This document shows positions 26,941 to 32,000 of a DNA stretch of 32,000 nucleotides, piece by piece; the first letter of the stretch is position 1, and every line of letters starts with the position of its first letter. The stretch lies in the sequence record Ga0181570_10000307; one strand, given 5' to 3'. The position numbers and the translations under genes are program-made. This DNA comes from a metagenome. The notes below the pieces were generated by a model, which was given only the letters and a program-made list of their open reading frames with translations, ran no database searches and was not told the DNA's origin.

Positions 26941-28638
26941 TCAATCCACCGGGCAGTGTCGACGAAGCGGCGCTCGCGCGAGGGCGATGACGACGCACAC
27001 GAAGCCGGAAATCATGGCAAGCATCGCAAAGAATGCGCTCGGCGTCGAAAACGTCGGGTACGTCGCGCCGAGGAGACCGCTAAAGTAATTGCCAAAGAAA
27101 GACGAACCGAACCAGAGACCGATGAGGGCGCTCAGTAAACCTTCCGGCGCCACTTTGGAAATGTAAGAGAGCGCGACGGGATAGTTGAAGAGCTCGCCGG
27201 CGGTGAGAAATACTTGGTTGAGCACAATCCAGGCGACGCTCACGCGATCTGGTGACGCGTGCGAATCGATCGGAAGCGCTCCAAACATGAGCACGGCGAA
27301 AGAGGCGGAGAGTAATCCGCTTCCAATTGCAATCTTTGTCATCTGGTGCGGCTCTTTTCCAGACTTTGCCTGCCAATCCCAAAGCGCGGTGACTGCAGGC
27401 GTCAACGCCAACACGAGAAACGGGTTCAACGCCGCGACAAACTCCGTGGGTAAGCCGTGTAAATTGATGTGTTCGTCCGAAAATATCATCAATGTGCTCC
27501 CTTGCTGTTCGTATACCATGGAGAAACCGACGCCTGCCGCGCACACGATGGCCACCGCCGTGACTGCGCTCGAGCTTTCGCGAGCTAATCGAACCATCGT
27601 CGACAAGCTCGTCGTCGGCGGCGGCGGCGGCGACTCAGCGGGCGTTGATTCACAGTCACTCCCGTCGCCAGTTTCCTCGTCGGTCTCGCCGCGCGCGCGC
27701 CCAGACCGAGCCGCAGATTCTAATACGTATTTCCTATTCGACGTGTAGATGACGAGCGCGCACGCCATACCGAGCGCCGCGCTCCCGAAAGCCGCGCCGT
27801 AACCAAAGTAAAGGCGCACCGTGCCAGCTATGAGCGGCGAAAAGAATGCTCCAACGTTTATACAGCAGTAAAAGATTGAAAAACCAGCGTCGCGCTTCGG
27901 ATCGCTCTTGCTGTACAACGCGCTCAGCTGCGTGGATATCGAAGGCTTGAACGCCCCGTTACCGAAACACACGGCGAGCATGCCCAACAAAAACGCTCGC
28001 TCGCTCGCCATCGCCGCGTACCCTACCGCCATGACGGCCGCCCCGACGAGCGCCGAGCGATGTGGCCCGAGCGCAGCGTCCGACAAAATCCCCCCGAACA
28101 CGGGCGTCAGATACGTCAAACACGCAAACGCCCCGTACGTCTTCGCGCTCAGCGCCTCCGCCGCGTTCACCCGCGCCCGCGCCCCATCCGGATCTGTCGT
28201 CGCGTCCGGAAACGTCGTCGCAAAGTCGTACCGCACCAACCACCGCCCCAGAGTCCGCAGTCCCCACACGCGTCTGACGTCGAATGTCGCGTCGGTTAAG
28301 ATTTTCGTAACGTACAACGCCAACAACGCCCTCGCCGCGTAGTACCCGAACCGCTCCCACATCTCCGTCGCCCCCAGGACGACGAGCCCGATCGGGTGTC
28401 CATCCAACGCGCGCTCCAGTCGTGCCTTGGCCGACGTCGACGTCGACGCGTTCACGCGGGCGTTCAAACGACCATTCGAAACGTCCTCCTCGCGTCGCGT
28501 CTCGCGCCTTCGCGCCGCCGTCGCCTCGTCCGACGCCGAACGAAGGAGCGGCGCGCGATCGTTTGCATCGTCGCGCATTCCGTCGTCGTCGTCGTCATCG
28601 CCGTCGGTGGCGGTACCGTCACCGTCGCCTCGCGACAT
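26941..28638 (-). CDS. Proton-dependent oligopeptide transporter (POT/PTR2 family, DtpT-like)
   Basis: PTR2 signatures GATEMWERFGYYAARALLALYV (ExxERFxYY) and FGNGAFKPSISTQLSALY, with ~12 hydrophobic segments. The track start at 28854 is GTG. In-frame ATGs lie at 28767, 28638 and 28578. I chose 28638 because 28767 would overlap the divergent PTOX CDS. Confidence 0.85.
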   Translation of the reverse strand: MSRGDGDGTATDGDDDDDDGMRDDANDRAPLLRSASDEATAARRRETRREEDVSNGRLNARVNASTSTSAKARLERALDGHPIGLVVLGATEMWERFGYYAARALLALYVTKILTDATFDVRRVWGLRTLGRWLVRYDFATTFPDATTDPDGARARVNAAEALSAKTYGAFACLTYLTPVFGGILSDAALGPHRSALVGAAVMAVGYAAMASERAFLLGMLAVCFGNGAFKPSISTQLSALYSKSDPKRDAGFSIFYCCINVGAFFSPLIAGTVRLYFGYGAAFGSAALGMACALVIYTSNRKYVLESAARSGRARGETDEETGDGSDCESTPAESPPPPPTTSLSTMVRLARESSSAVTAVAIVCAAGVGFSMVYEQQGSTLMIFSDEHINLHGLPTEFVAALNPFLVLALTPAVTALWDWQAKSGKEPHQMTKIAIGSGLLSASFAVLMFGALPIDSHASPDRVSVAWIVLNQVFLTAGELFNYPVALSYISKVAPEGLLSALIGLWFGSSFFGNYFSGLLGATYPTFSTPSAFFAMLAMISGFVCVVIALARAPLRRHCPVD

Positions 28639-28732
28639 GGTTCCGTCGTCGCGGTATGACGACGACCTCGGCACCGAGCGAAACGGACGCCATTCAACGT
28701 CGCGTTCTCTCGCATCGCACGCTTCGCCGCAG

Positions 28733-29806
28733 ATGGCGACGACGATGACGACGATGGCGACGCCCATCGCGAATCCCGCGCTCTTCGCGACGCCCACGCG
28801 CGGTCGGAGACGCGTTGGAAACGCCGCCGAACGTCGAGGAGGATTACCCAGCACTGGCGGTCAAATCACCCGCGCGTCGTGGAGGAAATCAGCGCTGCGC
28901 GCGAGCGCGGACGGCGAAGCGACGTCCACGTCCACGTCCACGTCGACAGCGACGAAGAGCGGGCCGTTGTCCGAAGCGGCGGCAGCCGTGGAGCGTTCGA
29001 TAAATTCTGCCATCATCGGCGTGGCGGTGACTGCGATTGACAACCTGTACGGCGGTCGGTCGTACGCGAGGTTTCACGCGCTCGAAACCGTCGCGAGAGT
29101 GCCGTACTTTAGCTTCATGTCTGTGTTGCACTTGTACGAAACGTTTGGGTGGTGGCGAAAGGCGGATTACCTCAAGGTGCACTTTGCCGAGACGATGAAC
29201 GAGTACCACCACTTGCTAATCATGGAGTCGCTGGGCGGCGCCGAGCTCTGGAAGGATCGGTTCATCGCGCAACACATCGCAGTGGCGTACTATTGGATTT
29301 GCGTCGGGCAGTACTTGATTTCCCCGAGGTGGGCTTACAATTTGCTCGAGCAGGTGGAGTCGCACGCGTATGCGACGTACGATAAATTTCTCAGCGCAAA
29401 TGAGGAGACGCTGAAATCGCAACCGCCGCCGCGCGTCGCGGTGCAGTATTACACCAAGGGAGATCTGTATCTCTTTGACGAGTTTCAGACCGGGAACAAG
29501 GGTGAGAGAAGGCCAAAGATTGACAATTTGTACGATGTCTTTGTCAACGTGCGAAACGACGAGGCGGAACACATGAAGACGATGGAGTTTTGTCAGCAAC
29601 CGGGTAACGGCCTGCGTTCTCCGTCATCAAAGGAAGCCATGGTTTTGCTCAGCGAAGAGGCATGCCTCGTCAGCCCTGAAAATTTTGAAGCGTGCAAGGA
29701 GGAGGAAGAAGACAATGCGAATGAGCGCTCGTGCGAGGGATTGGTCGATTGCGTCGTCAACTTTGGTACTGGAGCGGTGAACACGTACGAGCCGCCCGAA
29801 AACTAG
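28733..29806 (+). CDS. PTOX: Plastid terminal oxidase (PTOX/IMMUTANS-type di-iron alternative oxidase)
   Basis: Di-iron motifs LETVARVPYF, AETMNEYHHL, LEQVESHAY and RNDEAEHMKTM. The conserved Cys-containing tail CQQ.G.LRSP......CEGLVDCV matches plant IMMUTANS as recalled. The track start at 28427 is TTG. The ATG at 28733 gives the transit-like MATTMTTMATPIANPALFATPTRGRRR. Confidence 0.9.
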   Translation: MATTMTTMATPIANPALFATPTRGRRRVGNAAERRGGLPSTGGQITRASWRKSALRASADGEATSTSTSTSTATKSGPLSEAAAAVERSINSAIIGVAVTAIDNLYGGRSYARFHALETVARVPYFSFMSVLHLYETFGWWRKADYLKVHFAETMNEYHHLLIMESLGGAELWKDRFIAQHIAVAYYWICVGQYLISPRWAYNLLEQVESHAYATYDKFLSANEETLKSQPPPRVAVQYYTKGDLYLFDEFQTGNKGERRPKIDNLYDVFVNVRNDEAEHMKTMEFCQQPGNGLRSPSSKEAMVLLSEEACLVSPENFEACKEEEEDNANERSCEGLVDCVVNFGTGAVNTYEPPEN

Positions 29807-30020
29807 CCACGACGCTTTACGCTCGACGGTACGGCAGGACACCACCAATACGCAATACGCAATACCCCCCTCTCGACCCGACTCGCTCGCATCGCAAGCA
29901 CATTGCTACGCATTCATACTATGCAATGACACACTATTCATTCGACTACTACACTAAGCTAATCTACTTTGCTAAGACGCCGGACGCGCCTCCTTCCATT
30001 CCCATGGCACGACGGTGGTT

Positions 30021-30710
30021 TCAATCCGCTCTCGCCCTCACCAGCGTCGCTTCGAGCGTGAACGCATCCGTCTCCACGCGTTTCACCCGCACCGTCTCCT
30101 TCGCCCCGACGATTCCAATTTCCTTGTTCTCCGCGTCCCGATCCACCCTCCATTTCGGAGGAGCGCTCTCTGTCTTTGTTGCCGACGCCACGACTTCAAA
30201 AGAGTCAAACGACTCGTTCGTCTGACGTCGCGCATCCTCCGAAAACAACACGAATCGTGTCGCAAACGACGTCAGCGCACCACAAATCTCTTTTCTAAGC
30301 CTCGCCGTCGGCTCTGGCATTGGTTTCGCCAACCTCAAACCGAACTCAAAGCTCTCTTTAACCGCTCCGTCTTTAACAAACACGACGTCGATGCGCTCAA
30401 ACGCATCCCTAACAGCGCGCGCGGGGGCGTCAGTCAATCCATGCGTAATGATCGTCGTCGAAAGCCGGCCGTACCTCGAAAGCGCGACTCGAAGCGTCGC
30501 GAACACGTCGTTCAAGTAATCGCTGACATCTTGTCTCTCAACGACGCAGGTTCTCGCTCCGTAAAGCGTCGACCGGGCGCGCGACGACGGAAATAAACCT
30601 CGCGAGACGATAGCCTGGTGCGTGAGCGCGTGCGTGAACTCCAGGAGGACGTCGGCGATGGGGTGCGCGCCGATGTCGTCGGCGTCGGTGGCGCCTTTGT
30701 CGAGCGTCAT
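30021..30710 (-). CDS. REV7: HORMA-domain protein, REV7/MAD2L2-like (DNA polymerase zeta accessory subunit)
   Basis: 229-aa ATG ORF. N-terminal ADVLLEFTHALTHQAIVSRGLFP (cf. DVLCEFLEVAVHLILYVREVYP). The overall length and block order are HORMA-like. Confidence 0.65.
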   Translation of the reverse strand: MTLDKGATDADDIGAHPIADVLLEFTHALTHQAIVSRGLFPSSRARSTLYGARTCVVERQDVSDYLNDVFATLRVALSRYGRLSTTIITHGLTDAPARAVRDAFERIDVVFVKDGAVKESFEFGLRLAKPMPEPTARLRKEICGALTSFATRFVLFSEDARRQTNESFDSFEVVASATKTESAPPKWRVDRDAENKEIGIVGAKETVRVKRVETDAFTLEATLVRARAD

Positions 30711-30828
30711 GCTTTGAGGAGCTCGCTTTAGTTAGTTGGAAATTTCCATTCGAGCAAGTCGTCGTAAAGTTACAAGCGAGCGCTAGTGTACATCGCATCC
30801 TTGGGATGCCGCGACACGCAATCATCAA

Positions 30829-31611
30829 TCATTTATTGAGCCCCGCGTCTTCGAGCCTCCATTCGTTGGGCACGCGAACGATTTCGTTTCCGTCTCTCGG
30901 CGCCGGAAGCACCATCGGCGCCGCAACCTCCTTCGCCTTTTCCGGGCCAAACAATTTCTCCACCAACGCCAGCGCAAACTCGATCGCCGTCCCCGGTCCT
31001 CTGCTCGTGATCATATCCCCGTCAATCACCACCCTGGCGTTAGCGCTCGCATCGCTCGGAAGATCTTTCACGAACGCCGGATGCGCCGTGGAAGCGACGT
31101 CGTCCAACCACCCTCTCGGCGCTAAAACCACCCCAGGGCTCGCGCACATCGCCGCCGTCACCGCACCGTCGATCCCGATTTGCGTCTCAAGCATCCCCAT
31201 GAGCGTCTGACACTCCGCCAATCGCGTCGCTCCCGGCATGCCTCCGGGTAAAGCGATCAAATCAAAGCTCTCCGTCGCGACGTCTCGCAAAAACGCGTCG
31301 GCGCAAATCTTCACCCCTCTCGAACACTCGCACTGCAGCGTCTCCTCCACCGACGCGATCGTCACCTCCGCCCCGGCGCGTCGCAACACATCCGCGACGA
31401 TGACGAGTTCCATCTCTTCGCTTCCGTTCGCCATCGGTACCAGGCACCGTTTCGTCGCCATCGCGACGACACCCCAGCCTCGCCGCTGGATTCCACCTCG
31501 TCCTCCTTCTCGTCGTCGCACCCGAACGCGCGCGTCCGCACCGAATCGGCGCCGAGAAAACGCTCCCGATCGCGCCGTCGTCGTCGTCGCCGCCGTCACC
31601 GCCGTCGTCAT
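30829..31611 (-). CDS. DJ1: DJ-1/PfpI family protein (PARK7-like) with a transit-peptide-like N-terminus
   Basis: The track start at 31875 is GTG. The first ATG, at 31611, gives 260 aa. DJ-1 blocks: LVPMANGSEEMELVIVADVLRRAG, DLIALPGGMPGA, nucleophile elbow AAMCASP, and VVIDGDMITSRGPGTAIEFALALVE. Confidence 0.88.
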   Translation of the reverse strand: MTTAVTAATTTTARSGAFSRRRFGADARVRVRRREGGRGGIQRRGWGVVAMATKRCLVPMANGSEEMELVIVADVLRRAGAEVTIASVEETLQCECSRGVKICADAFLRDVATESFDLIALPGGMPGATRLAECQTLMGMLETQIGIDGAVTAAMCASPGVVLAPRGWLDDVASTAHPAFVKDLPSDASANARVVIDGDMITSRGPGTAIEFALALVEKLFGPEKAKEVAAPMVLPAPRDGNEIVRVPNEWRLEDAGLNK

Positions 31612-31689
31612 CGGGTGCTCTTTCTGACGACGACGACGACGACGACGCGTCGAATTGATGATGAATTCGCAAAAGTCTCGAAATCCAAC

Positions 31690-32000
31690 CGCATCACTCC
31701 AACCCGATCGATGGGTCTCACCGATCGATCGAGTGATCCATCCCACCCGATCGATGGGTAAGTAAACCCGATCGATCGACCGAGACGACCCGACCCGAAT
31801 CCGTCGGCCCCCCCTCCCCCCTCCCCCCTCTCTCGAGCACCCCGACGAAGGATGCAAAAAAAAACACAAAATCACGGGTCACGAACCGTCATTTATTTGT
31901 ATACCCCCCTCGAATAGGAGGATCGAATAGGATCGAATAGGATCGATGGGAAACCGCGATCGATACGAACGATCGAACGATACGAACGATCGATCGATAC
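31690..32000. repeat. Cluster of short GATCGAT-centred direct repeats plus a C-rich tract upstream of DJ-1
   Basis: acccgatcgatgggt at 31702-31716 and 31745-31759. cccgatcgatcgacc at ~31766-31781. C-rich tract at ~31809-31835. gatcgaatag at 31921-31930 and 31931-31940. gatacgaacgatcga-type repeats run to the window end. Confidence 0.85.

Overview
This window is eukaryotic nuclear DNA, not prokaryotic. It is GC-rich by eye (not computed) and very gene-dense. I count 19 protein-coding genes and 2 nuclear-type tRNA genes in 32 kb. Genes lie on both strands, spacers are mostly about 100-500 bp, and no ORF needs a spliceosomal intron to be explained. The gene content includes a plant-type DGD1 galactolipid synthase, plastid terminal oxidase, CYP51 sterol 14-demethylase and transit-peptide-like N-termini. 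Together with the compact architecture this points to a green picoalga of the Mamiellophyceae (Ostreococcus/Micromonas-like); the species cannot be determined by eye. The supplied ORF track uses bacterial start rules: several ORFs begin at GTG or TTG, which I checked in the sequence. I therefore re-anchored those CDSs at the first plausible in-frame ATG, so N-termini are less certain than stops. Gene order: THUMPD1-like, CYP51, organellar uS9, an orphan basic protein, DGD1 (-), WAPL, tRNA-Trp (intron-containing), a small TM ORF, POLA2 (-), UDP-galactopyranose mutase (-), TLDc protein (-), a Cys-rich/discoidin-like type II membrane protein (-), tRNA-Glu (-), USP39/SAD1, an IMP2-like S26 peptidase homologue (-), a GT10 fucosyltransferase (-), a plastid-targeted hypothetical, a small BOD1/Shg1-like protein, a POT peptide transporter (-), PTOX, REV7 (-) and DJ-1 (-). 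I found no CRISPR array, transposon, operon or defence-island-like structure, and no convincing discrete novel system. Most of the window is ordinary housekeeping content. Four observations are most worth a second look. (1) The IMP2-like peptidase appears to have both Ser/Lys dyad positions substituted. (2) The UDP-galactopyranose mutase is clearly bacterial-type. (3) The tRNA-Trp gene carries a 69-nt intron. (4) An ~80-bp tandem repeat re-copies the 3' end and trailer of tRNA-Glu. All homology statements rest on motif recognition from memory, not on searches.
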